From Candidatus Heimdallarchaeota archaeon (GTDB lineage Archaea; Asgardarchaeota; Heimdallarchaeia; Heimdallarchaeales; Heimdallarchaeaceae): DNA of 64,000 nt. The notes beneath the pieces are model-generated. The model was given only the letters and a program-made list of their open reading frames with translations, was not told the DNA's origin and did no database searches. The translations under genes and the position numbers were made by a program. Location of the stretch: NCBI GenBank assembly GCA_030603365.1, contig JAUVXV010000008.1, positions 1 through 64,000 of the forward strand, written 5' to 3'. Positions within the stretch are counted from its first letter, which is position 1, and each line of letters opens with the position of its first letter. Below are positions 55,309-64,000 of the stretch, piece after piece.

Positions 55309-56112
55309 ATGAGTGAGAATCATATGCAAATCTTTGTTTCCATACCTGATTTAATCTCAAATCTCACACCGGAAAACTACAAAATTTTAGATTTGAGAGA
55401 GATTCAAAGATTTGAAAAAGGTCATATTAAAGGTTCAATTCATATTGATAATAATTTTTTCACTCTACAAAATGAAGATGGCATAAATATCATTCCTGAT
55501 AAAGAAGTTTTGACAGATTATCTTCAAGAAAAAGGTATTAATTGTAACGATAAAATAATTTTAGTAGACGATGTTTTTAACCTCAATTGCTCTCTAGCAG
55601 CTTGGACTCTTCATTATTTTGGTTTTAAGAATGTTATTCTTTTAGATGGTGCTTTCTCAAAATGGGAGAAGCAAATCAATGAATTAACTACAGAAATAAT
55701 AGAATTTCCTAGAGGTGATATAATTTTAGAAGAGCGTAATGCAGATATTTTGATTTCCAAGGATGAAATCTTGATGAATATCCATTCCGATGATTTCCTT
55801 TTTGTAGACAATAGATCTGAATATGCTCTTCTACTTGACCAACAAGGTGGGAATATACCAGGTGCGATTCATCTTTGGTATCTTGAGGTATTCGAAGAAT
55901 ATCCAGATTACTTTGTTCTGAAAGAAAAAGATTCAATTATTGAAGAATTGAATGTCAGAAATATATCGAAAAACAAAAGTATTATCGTGTACTGCGAATC
56001 AGCTCCACAATCTGCATTAATCTATTTAGTACTCAAAGAATTAGGATATCCAGATGTTCGTCTCTATCTTGCAGGATATGACGAATGGAGGCTATCTAAT
56101 TCATTTATCTGA
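55309..56112 (+). CDS. Tandem-domain rhodanese / sulfurtransferase
   Basis: LDLR...F..GHI.GS, LLDG.F..W, VDNRS, G.IPGA, IVYC, LY..G..EW. Confidence 0.9.
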   Translation: MSENHMQIFVSIPDLISNLTPENYKILDLREIQRFEKGHIKGSIHIDNNFFTLQNEDGINIIPDKEVLTDYLQEKGINCNDKIILVDDVFNLNCSLAAWTLHYFGFKNVILLDGAFSKWEKQINELTTEIIEFPRGDIILEERNADILISKDEILMNIHSDDFLFVDNRSEYALLLDQQGGNIPGAIHLWYLEVFEEYPDYFVLKEKDSIIEELNVRNISKNKSIIVYCESAPQSALIYLVLKELGYPDVRLYLAGYDEWRLSNSFI

Positions 56113-56113
56113 T

Positions 56114-57946
56114 CTAAATATCAGAACTTGTAACCAACTTAGATGCGATTAAAGAGTAATCAACACCATACAATTTAGCTACTTCTTGATTAATTTTATT
56201 TTTTATTTCTTTTACTTCATAATCTTGTTTTTTTGAGTTTTTAATTTTATGAAGAATTTCTTTTACTAAGTAAATTAAAATGTCTTTTTCTTCAGTTCCA
56301 GGTATTGGTATTTTTTTTAGAGGATCACTAAAGAATTCTAACATTTTACCTTTTCTTTTCCCTGCTTCTGAATACCAAAAATTCATTAAGTCACTATTTA
56401 AAATTCCAAGTAGAAAATAAAAATCCTCTTCCAATTTCGGGATTATTACATAGATATCAGTAGCTCCAAAGGAACCGTTTTCATCAATACCAAATCGAGG
56501 ATGAATGCTTCTATATGGAACCATAATTTTCGTTTGATGATTCATAAAGATTTTAAGATTTCTGTAAACACTGAAATCAAACCATCTTATCTTATTTGAT
56601 TTAATTAACCTTTGTCGATCTGGACCCTGTTCCAACTTCCTTTTATTTTGTTCTAGATATTGTCTAATGTTTGGAAAATTCTCTAAATCATCTATTTTTG
56701 AGGGAAGTATAGCAATTTTCAGATTTTCATTATTCACAATCCATTCTCTGACATCTTTATTCGTTAAAAAAGGAACCAGAGCTTCTTTTTCCAGAGATAG
56801 TCTTTCAGAATTGGATTTGGTCATAACAAATATTTCCTTTACTCCTGGTGAAAGCCCTTGAGAGACTTGCGCTAATTGTTCTAGTTTGATACATTTACCT
56901 TTGTCCTCAATTTGCTTTAGTAATTTCAAATGAGGCGATAGTACCCATTTTTCCTTTCCAAGATTAGCTTGATCTATCTCAAAAAAGAGTTTGTCTATCG
57001 TAGATTTTCTTCTTTTGTGATTTTCCAAAATAGTTTTAGGGATATTCTTTACGACCTTGACATTTCTTGTCGGAAAACACTTTTGAATTGTTGTTATACA
57101 AGTTGATACATTAAGCCACTTTCCATTGTCTTTGAAGATATTTAGATTACTCAAATCCAAGAATTCCAAAATTTGATTTTTTACAATTTGTTCTCTTAAA
57201 ATATCACCATACTTATTCTCTACCCAATAATTCGGAATAATAAAAGATAGTAATCCATCATTTGAAAGATAATTTAATGATTGTAGAATAAAGTAATAAT
57301 AAATGTCAGAGGAAGATCTGAAGAATTGTTTCCATGTTTTAGACTGTTTTAAGTATTTGAACAACAGATTTGCATTCTTATCTAAAAGTTCCATCTTCTT
57401 TAAATTGTAATATGGAGGATTTCCAATAATAACATCAAAAGAATTTCTGGGATGAAAAGTTTTTTTCCAGTCTAATGGGTTAAGTTGCTGAGCCTCTTCT
57501 GAAGGAAGCACTTGAAATGAATCGTTGTTGACGATGCTGTTACCCACATACATATTTGCAAAAGAATTACTACTAAGCATTGGAAAGAAAAAAGAAATCC
57601 GTTCCTTACACTCGTCAAGAACATCAGGTTTGAGCTCTATCCCATAGATGTTTGATTCAGAAAAATTCTTGAAAAAAGTATTCTTTTCATCTTGTTTGAT
57701 ATCTTTGAATTTCTTTAACTCATTCCAAACTCTTTTTAAAATGCCAATAACAAAATTCCCAGTTCCTAGAGAAGGATCACAAAAGTATAATTCTCCTAAA
57801 GATTTCTGAAAGTAATTATAAGTGTTAGTTATTAGTTTATTTTCCTCAGTTAAATAATTGAAAACACGTTCAATCATGAAGTCCACTACAAAAGATGGAG
57901 TGTAAAATGAACCAGTTCTTTTCTTATTCCCTTGGTGTTCAATCAT
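56114..57946 (-). CDS. N6-adenine DNA methyltransferase (Eco57I/TaqI-like, gamma class) with C-terminal TRD, no nuclease adjacent
   Basis: GSFYTP, DPSLGTGNF, GNS, FDVIIGNPPY, DIYYYF, LLGILNS. Confidence 0.88.
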   Translation of the reverse strand: MIEHQGNKKRTGSFYTPSFVVDFMIERVFNYLTEENKLITNTYNYFQKSLGELYFCDPSLGTGNFVIGILKRVWNELKKFKDIKQDEKNTFFKNFSESNIYGIELKPDVLDECKERISFFFPMLSSNSFANMYVGNSIVNNDSFQVLPSEEAQQLNPLDWKKTFHPRNSFDVIIGNPPYYNLKKMELLDKNANLLFKYLKQSKTWKQFFRSSSDIYYYFILQSLNYLSNDGLLSFIIPNYWVENKYGDILREQIVKNQILEFLDLSNLNIFKDNGKWLNVSTCITTIQKCFPTRNVKVVKNIPKTILENHKRRKSTIDKLFFEIDQANLGKEKWVLSPHLKLLKQIEDKGKCIKLEQLAQVSQGLSPGVKEIFVMTKSNSERLSLEKEALVPFLTNKDVREWIVNNENLKIAILPSKIDDLENFPNIRQYLEQNKRKLEQGPDRQRLIKSNKIRWFDFSVYRNLKIFMNHQTKIMVPYRSIHPRFGIDENGSFGATDIYVIIPKLEEDFYFLLGILNSDLMNFWYSEAGKRKGKMLEFFSDPLKKIPIPGTEEKDILIYLVKEILHKIKNSKKQDYEVKEIKNKINQEVAKLYGVDYSLIASKLVTSSDI

Positions 57947-58201
57947 TTAGCTGCATGAACACAATTTCTTGACAAATATAAAAGTATCTACAAGTTAAGT
58001 AAAGATTCTCCCTCCCATATCCGGTGTATGAAGCTTTGCCACGAAGATGGAATAGCCTTGTCAAAGGAATTATTGTCTGAAGTAATTTAAGAATGGCTGA
58101 AAAAATTGCAGTTAGGTTGCATGTCAAGAATTTTCCTTTGGGTTTTTATACTTTTACAACTATTGGGTAAAATTTAACAATATCTATGAAAAAGATAAGC
58201 T

Positions 58202-59905
58202 GTGCCCGAATTAAGAGTGCTTGAAAAGGTAAAAAAAAGATTTGTTGACAACAAGTATGACATCTTCCTACAGATAGCTATCGTAGTATCCTTATTTGTC
58301 ATCTCGATGTTGATCAGATCAAACTTAAGAGAATGGATTTATGCAAATTATGACTTATCTGTGAATGTTATAAATGCTCTTCATTATACTTATCTTAATC
58401 CAGAAGCTTATACTTGGGAAATATTCCCTGATGCTCAAACTTACTATGTAGAGTATCTTGATGCTTTCAAATTTGAGCAATGGAATCCTTATAACTTAGA
58501 CAGAGGAAGACCTCTATCTGGTTATGTATATGGACCTATTTTTGTATATGGTTTAACATTAATGTCATATTTAGTAGGGATCTTCTTTCCAGGGCTTTCT
58601 GCTTCACAAAAAATCTGGTTATCAGTTCAAATTTCTCCTTTAATTTTTGATTCAATTACAACAGTTTTCATCTATTGTATATTACTCAAAAAGAGGAAGG
58701 AAGGAAAAAGAAGTAAGATAAATATGATTTATTCGTATATAGCAGCTATTATTTTCATCTTTATGCCTCTAGTTCTTTTTTACAATGACACATTATATCT
58801 GAACACATATATGTTCACAACATTTACAGTAATTTCTCTTTATTTCCTAAGTAGAGATAAACATAAACAATCAGCAATGTTTTTGGCCATAGCTATATTG
58901 ACCAAACTAAACGCTCTATTTATTGCGCCATTCTGGTTGGTATACGTAGCTAGAAACAATTTAAAGAAAGGAATAGAATTTCTTTTAGTTCTAGTAAGTG
59001 CCTATCTTATTTTCTCTTTACCTTGGATTATTTTATCTCCCAAGATGTATTTCTACCAACAGTTTTGGCCAGGAAAAACGGGAAACACTCACTTTGGAAT
59101 AGAGGATTTGTATGTACTCTGGTCTACAACTCCTTTCCATGCTTTTCTATATTGGGCACAAGAAACAGGATCAACATTCTGGTCAGATGCTGCGGTTTTT
59201 TATAGAGACTTGAATGCCATCTATTTACCTTTATTGATTTTTGTCGCAATCTGCTGTTTAGTTGCTTTGTTAAGCGGAAAAAATATGAAGCAAAATCGTA
59301 GTACTTTCTTTTCCTATACCGCTATGTTTACCATTGGAAGTCATATTTTCTTATCTCGAGGAAATTACAAATACTATGACCCATTTTTCATACCCTTTGT
59401 GGTTATTGCCATAGCTTCTTGGGCACAAGATTTAGATAGGAAATTATCAAAAACAACAAAAATAGTTTTGAGTATTCCTTCATCTATAGGAAAATATAAG
59501 GAAGATGAAACGAAAAAACCGAGCAACAAAGCTATTTCAAAAATAAAAAATATATTAAGTACTATTGACGAGAACAAGAAATTCCAAATTACAATGAAAA
59601 TTCTAGCTTTTCTTATCTTCTGTGGAGTAATATCATGGATTTTTATTTTGAATTACTGGATCATTCTTAGAGTCAAATGGTTACATATGTTTTACACTTT
59701 TCTACTAGCAGTTACGATGATTGCAACTTTTGATTTCAAAACTCATATAACTTTAGTAGACAAAAGAAATTACAAAGATTTGTGGGAATTTATCAAATAC
59801 GAATATCAGAATTTTGTTCAATGGATAAAAACATTCAGTAGGAAAATAAAAACATTAGGAAAAAGAAAAGAGGCAAGTAGCATTAATGGAGAGAAGCTTT
59901 CCTAA
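58202..59905 (+). CDS. GT-C fold polytopic glycosyltransferase (GT87/PIG-M-like)
   Basis: About 11-12 TMs, first loop IFPDAQTYY...NPY...YVYGP, FD, A.LTKL.ALF. Confidence 0.7.
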   Translation: MPELRVLEKVKKRFVDNKYDIFLQIAIVVSLFVISMLIRSNLREWIYANYDLSVNVINALHYTYLNPEAYTWEIFPDAQTYYVEYLDAFKFEQWNPYNLDRGRPLSGYVYGPIFVYGLTLMSYLVGIFFPGLSASQKIWLSVQISPLIFDSITTVFIYCILLKKRKEGKRSKINMIYSYIAAIIFIFMPLVLFYNDTLYLNTYMFTTFTVISLYFLSRDKHKQSAMFLAIAILTKLNALFIAPFWLVYVARNNLKKGIEFLLVLVSAYLIFSLPWIILSPKMYFYQQFWPGKTGNTHFGIEDLYVLWSTTPFHAFLYWAQETGSTFWSDAAVFYRDLNAIYLPLLIFVAICCLVALLSGKNMKQNRSTFFSYTAMFTIGSHIFLSRGNYKYYDPFFIPFVVIAIASWAQDLDRKLSKTTKIVLSIPSSIGKYKEDETKKPSNKAISKIKNILSTIDENKKFQITMKILAFLIFCGVISWIFILNYWIILRVKWLHMFYTFLLAVTMIATFDFKTHITLVDKRNYKDLWEFIKYEYQNFVQWIKTFSRKIKTLGKRKEASSINGEKLS

Positions 59906-60863
59906 CTAATCGTTGCCATTTTTCGTCAATCTCATCCTGTATTTCTATCATCTTCTTCTTCCATTCAGGTTTAAACAGATGTCTAAACCGTCCTTGTGGT
60001 TTTAAGAAATCTTCAATTGGAAGTTTTTTCTCAGGATTTTTAGCTAATCTAGCTGAAATACCTGTTAAGATCCACTCATCTTTGTAAGTATGGAAAAGTG
60101 GGAAAAAGCAAGTTTTTACTGCAAGTTTGGATATTTCTATAGATTGATCTGGGGCATATCTATGTCCAAGATTGCATGAAGAATCAACTAACATAAATGC
60201 TGGTCCATCATGTTTAAGTCCAGCCTGAACTTTTGCCATTAAATCTCTTGGATAGGCAGGACTAGCTGTAAAAGTAGGGATATCATGTGCAGCCATTATT
60301 TCAGCTAAGGGTTTTTGCCACTCTATTTTTCCAGGAATTTCAGTTCCTGGTGGACTTGTTGTAGTAGCAGCACCTTGAGGAGTACCTCCAGAACGTTGGA
60401 TTCCAGTATTCATATAAGCTCCATTTGAGTAACATACGTAAAGGAAGTCATGACCCCGTTCTATGGCCCCAGAGAGGCTTTGAAGACCAATATCATATGT
60501 TCCACCATCCCCTGCAAACACAATCATATTTACTTCTCGTTCTCTCATAATTCCTTTTCTTTGCATAGCTTTCATAGCTTCAATTGCTCCTGAAGCTGTT
60601 GCGGCTGCATTCTCAAAGGCATTATGTAACCATGGTGCATCCCAGGCTGTATATGGATATATTGTTGTTGCTACTTCTAAGCAACCTGTTGCATTTACCA
60701 ACATGAATGGGTCACCCAATGCTTTTGCAGCAAGAGTTACTTGCCTTGCCATGATACCAGCTCCACATCCTGCACATAATCTGTGTCCTGAAGTTAATAC
60801 TTCGCCTAGTTTAGACCAATCTTGAAGGTCTTTTACAGAAACTTTAGGTAATTGTATTGTCAT
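59883..60863 (-). CDS. porB: Pyruvate/2-ketoisovalerate:ferredoxin oxidoreductase beta subunit
   Basis: GHRLCAGCG, TGCLEV, FENAAA.ASG, GDGGTYDIG, YMNTGIQRS. Confidence 0.95.
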   Translation of the reverse strand: MTIQLPKVSVKDLQDWSKLGEVLTSGHRLCAGCGAGIMARQVTLAAKALGDPFMLVNATGCLEVATTIYPYTAWDAPWLHNAFENAAATASGAIEAMKAMQRKGIMREREVNMIVFAGDGGTYDIGLQSLSGAIERGHDFLYVCYSNGAYMNTGIQRSGGTPQGAATTTSPPGTEIPGKIEWQKPLAEIMAAHDIPTFTASPAYPRDLMAKVQAGLKHDGPAFMLVDSSCNLGHRYAPDQSIEISKLAVKTCFFPLFHTYKDEWILTGISARLAKNPEKKLPIEDFLKPQGRFRHLFKPEWKKKMIEIQDEIDEKWQRLVRKASLH

Positions 60864-60873
60864 CTTCTTCTCC

Positions 60874-62061
60874 TCACTTCCTATATCCCACCCAATCTGT
60901 CGTTGTAGTCATCCCAATATCATGATAGTCTTTTGTTTTCTCAAATATTTCTTCTATCTCAGGTAGTGTTAGCACTCTTCCTCCTAAACCATTGATATAT
61001 CCATGCAAAGAAGGAACGTTTTCTTTACCATAAAGTGCTGATGCTAGGTCAGTTTGCACTATGGTTCCAGGAGAACCAAAAGTTGCAGACCTATCTAGAA
61101 TGCTTACTGCTTTTATTCCACTCAAAGCTTCATGAATATCCAAGGATGGAAAAGGTCTGTAAAGTCTAATTTTCAAAGCCCCTACTTTTTCTCCTTTTTC
61201 TCTTAATCTATCCACTACTGCTTTAGCATTACCTGCTGTTGCTCCATAAGAGACAAAAGCGTATTCAGCATCTTCTAGTTTATATTCTTCTATAACTTCC
61301 ATCTTTCGTCCTGACATCTCTGAAAATTCAGCCATAACATCTTTAGTTACTTGATATGCTCTTTGTATAGCTTCTTCTTGTTGTCTTTTGATTTCCATGT
61401 AGTAATCCTGTAAAACTAATGATCCGAAGGTCATTTTATCGTCTGGATTAAATCGGTATTTTAATGACCTGGATTCAGGCAAAAAGTCTTCAACTTGTTG
61501 TTTACTTAAGGTTTCAACTCTTTCAAGAGCATGGGTTACAATAAAACCTTCAATTCCAAACATTGCAGGTAGCATTACATCTGGATGTTCAGCTATTTTG
61601 AAAGATAATATTGTCTCATCGTATGCTTCTTGTGCTGATTCTCCGAATAACGACACCCAAGATGCATCCCTGCAAACCAGCTGATCTGTACATTCTCCAT
61701 GGATATTGATTGGTGCTGAAAAAGCTCTATTTGCAACTGCCAATACAATAGGACATCTCATTCCTGATGCAACATATAGAATTTCATACATCAATGCCAA
61801 ACCTGCACTAGCTGTTGCAGTAAAGACTCTAGCACCTGTTAATGATGCCCCCACACATGCAGACATTGCACTATGTTCAGATTCAACAGAGATAAAACTA
61901 GTATCAACTTCACCATTATTTACAAAGTCACTATATCTTTCAACAATGATTGTTTGTGGTGTAATCGGATAGGCCGCTACAACATCTGGGTTAACAAGTT
62001 TTGCTGCATTTGCAACTGCTTCATCTCCAGTCATACCTTTAACTTCTCTTATTCCACTCAT
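60874..62061 (-). CDS. porA: Pyruvate/2-ketoisovalerate:ferredoxin oxidoreductase alpha subunit
   Basis: AAYPITPQT, ESEHSAMSAC.GA, TATAS.GL, NRA.SAPINI, RLYRPFP, GLGGR. Confidence 0.95.
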   Translation of the reverse strand: MSGIREVKGMTGDEAVANAAKLVNPDVVAAYPITPQTIIVERYSDFVNNGEVDTSFISVESEHSAMSACVGASLTGARVFTATASAGLALMYEILYVASGMRCPIVLAVANRAFSAPINIHGECTDQLVCRDASWVSLFGESAQEAYDETILSFKIAEHPDVMLPAMFGIEGFIVTHALERVETLSKQQVEDFLPESRSLKYRFNPDDKMTFGSLVLQDYYMEIKRQQEEAIQRAYQVTKDVMAEFSEMSGRKMEVIEEYKLEDAEYAFVSYGATAGNAKAVVDRLREKGEKVGALKIRLYRPFPSLDIHEALSGIKAVSILDRSATFGSPGTIVQTDLASALYGKENVPSLHGYINGLGGRVLTLPEIEEIFEKTKDYHDIGMTTTTDWVGYRK

Positions 62062-62378
62062 CTTGTAACCCTCCTTATTTCAATTGCATCAACAGGACAA
62101 TTTTTCGCACAAATCCCACAACCTTTGCAGAATTGAGTATCACATTCAGCTTTCATTTCATCGTCCATAATAATAGCAGAATCAGGACAGTAGTAGAAGC
62201 AATTCATACAGCTGATACACTTCTCTTTATCTATTATAGCCTTAAATGCACTCCAGTCCCCTGTTTTATATGCATAAGCTGAGTGGTAGGGCACAATTCC
62301 ACCTTCAGGTAGTTTAGATGCACCCCATTTTTCTTTTACCCATCTTTCAAATTCATCTGGTGCTTCTTTTACCATCAT
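62058..62378 (-). CDS. porD: 2-oxoacid:ferredoxin oxidoreductase delta subunit (2x[4Fe-4S])
   Basis: KTGDW, CISCMNC..YCPD, CKGCGICA..CP. Confidence 0.95.
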   Translation of the reverse strand: MMVKEAPDEFERWVKEKWGASKLPEGGIVPYHSAYAYKTGDWSAFKAIIDKEKCISCMNCFYYCPDSAIIMDDEMKAECDTQFCKGCGICAKNCPVDAIEIRRVTR

Positions 62379-62938
62379 TCAACCTCTCCGAACGCTCTAT
62401 TAATCGCAACTTCATTCTTTTCTCCCAATACCCCTCTAAAACGATTAAGAGTAACTTTGACTAAGCTTTCAAGTTTAACAATATTGGTTACTTTGATTAG
62501 TGCTCCAAGCATTACCAGATTTGGAACATTTCTCCCAATTTCCTCTGTAGCAATTTTTGATCCATTAACCTTGTAAATATTTGCATGAACTCCTTCGAAA
62601 AATTTCACTAGATTATCCTTCATGCCATCATAATTTACTACAATTGTTCCTCCATCTTTCAATCCTTTTGCTACAGGAACATCATCAAGTAAAGTTGGGT
62701 CTATAACTACCACAATATGTGGTTCATAAACCTCAGTTTTTTCTGTGAAAGGTTCAGGAGATATTCGAGCATATGAGGTAACAGGTGCTCCTGCTCTTTC
62801 TGGACCAAAATTGGGAAATGCATGGACATATTGTCCTTCTAAAATAGCTGCTTCAGCCAATAATCTCGACGCGGTAACTGCCCCTTGACCACCTCTACCG
62901 TTTATTCTTATATCAGTGATTTCAGCCACCATAATCAC
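62375..62938 (-). CDS. porG: 2-oxoacid:ferredoxin oxidoreductase gamma subunit
   Basis: GRGGQGAVTA, FGPERAGAPV, PN..MLGA. Confidence 0.95.
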   Translation of the reverse strand: MIMVAEITDIRINGRGGQGAVTASRLLAEAAILEGQYVHAFPNFGPERAGAPVTSYARISPEPFTEKTEVYEPHIVVVIDPTLLDDVPVAKGLKDGGTIVVNYDGMKDNLVKFFEGVHANIYKVNGSKIATEEIGRNVPNLVMLGALIKVTNIVKLESLVKVTLNRFRGVLGEKNEVAINRAFGEVE

Positions 62939-63123
62939 CTTGATTTGTCATTATTAACCCACTGTACTGGACGGAAAACACGCATAAATTAAAGTTTATG
63001 ATGTAACCCCAATGCTATATGAGATAAAGTTACTATGTATGAGACAGTTATTTAAAACCTCTTTTCATTTATTGAGAAATAACAAAATACAAAATTTAGA
63101 ACACTGAAGGTTGAGATAGAAAA

Positions 63124-63675
63124 TTACTTTTCTGCTTCAATAGATTTATCTATCATCATATCTGTCAGGTGGAAGTATATTTCTGTTATGTTTGTTCCTT
63201 CCTTAGCAGATACTTCGTAGTATGGTAATTCTTCTAATTTGTAAAGTTCTCTCTTCTTTTCAGCATAAGCTAAAGCTTGTTCTTGAGTCACCCTTCTTTC
63301 TTCAGAAATATCAGCTTTATTACCGATTAGAATTGCAGGAATTATTTCTTCACAATTGGAATAAACTTCTTCAAACCATTTATCTAGATTTTCGAAAGAT
63401 TCTTCATCTGCTATGTCATAGACTACTAGAACTCCATAGCTTCCTTTGTAATATAGGGGGCGTACATAGGAAAAACGATCGTGACTACCTGTATCCCAAG
63501 TTTGTAATTTAACTTGTTTCCCCTGGACTTCTATATCTTTAACTGAAAACTCCACTCCGATAGTTGGTAAATATCTTTCTCTAAAAGTACCAGTTGCAAA
63601 TCTCAATGTAATTGAGGTTTTACCTACACCTGGTGAACCAACTATAATTGTTTTAAATAGATAGTCAAACAGCAA
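63124..63675 (-). CDS. Rab-like small GTPase with non-canonical G3 box
   Basis: GSPGVGKT, PTIGVEF, KLQTWDTGSH, YYKGS, VVYDI, GNKAD, EVSAK. No C-terminal Cys. Confidence 0.92.
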   Translation of the reverse strand: MLFDYLFKTIIVGSPGVGKTSITLRFATGTFRERYLPTIGVEFSVKDIEVQGKQVKLQTWDTGSHDRFSYVRPLYYKGSYGVLVVYDIADEESFENLDKWFEEVYSNCEEIIPAILIGNKADISEERRVTQEQALAYAEKKRELYKLEELPYYEVSAKEGTNITEIYFHLTDMMIDKSIEAEK

Positions 63676-63785
63676 TGCTATTCACTAATTCTAATCCCCT
63701 AAATTCTTTCTTAAAGTTATTGAAAGTTGTAGCTAACCTTTTCAAGACGAAAGTTATATAATCTCTTGAATTCAGATATTATATT

Positions 63786-64000
63786 GTGAAATTTCTTGTA
63801 ATTTTTGGTCCTCCAGCTACTGGAAAAATGACTGTTGGTCAAGAACTCTCTAAAATCACATCATTGAAACTTCTTCATAATCACCTGACTATTGAACTGC
63901 TCTTGAATTTTTTTGATTATGGAACTCCTAAATTTGTTTTGCTGAATAACGAATTTAGGCAAAGAATCATGGAAGAATCAGCTTCAAGTGATCTTCCAGG
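63786..64000 (+). CDS. P-loop kinase (shikimate-kinase-like) N-terminus, truncated by window edge
   Basis: My translation is VKFLVIFGPPATGKMTVGQELSKITSLKLLHNHLTIE... Not in the ORF track. Confidence 0.8.
   Translation, partial: MKFLVIFGPPATGKMTVGQELSKITSLKLLHNHLTIELLLNFFDYGTPKFVLLNNEFRQRIMEESASSDLP

Noticed and set aside
57939-58127. 62-aa ORF as a controller or restriction partner of the methyltransferase
   Set aside because: No HTH or nuclease motif. It lies in a divergent promoter gap.
1-64000. rRNA, tRNA, CRISPR arrays, and the other short ORFs nested within long genes
   Set aside because: No GC-rich cloverleaf, rRNA-like or repeat-spacer pattern was seen by eye. The nested short ORFs overlap well-supported genes and lack motifs.

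Overview
AT-rich (roughly 30% GC, by eye) archaeal chromosome segment. Its eukaryotic-signature genes point to an Asgard archaeon, most plausibly Heimdallarchaeia (inference): a Rab-like GTPase, longin-like domains, and a full E1/E2/RING/JAB/ubiquitin-like set. Main points: (1) 1.6-13.2 kb: three tandem paralogous ~1100-1200 aa single-pass surface proteins with cytoplasmic longin-like plus winged-helix tails, preceded by a soluble stand-alone copy of the same tail. This looks like a receptor array that could couple to small GTPases. (2) 13.5-15.1 kb: a six-TM glycerophosphodiesterase resembling metazoan GPI-anchor-cleaving GDE2/3/6 over its full length. (3) 21.5-27.3 kb: a complete ubiquitin-like conjugation locus whose E3 is a polytopic membrane RING protein with an adjacent RING-less paralogue, suggesting ERAD-like membrane quality control. 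(4) Two cold-shock genes share a structured 5' leader motif. (5) A YehL-type MoxR/DUF5682/VWA operon. The rest is the 3' end of a tnpB, metabolic genes (porGDAB, deoxyhypusine synthase, XdhC, a GGR-family reductase, rhodanese), transporters, an orphan adenine methyltransferase and several small ORFs missed by the ORF track. No rRNA, tRNA or CRISPR array was seen. All family calls come from motif recognition by eye, not database searches.
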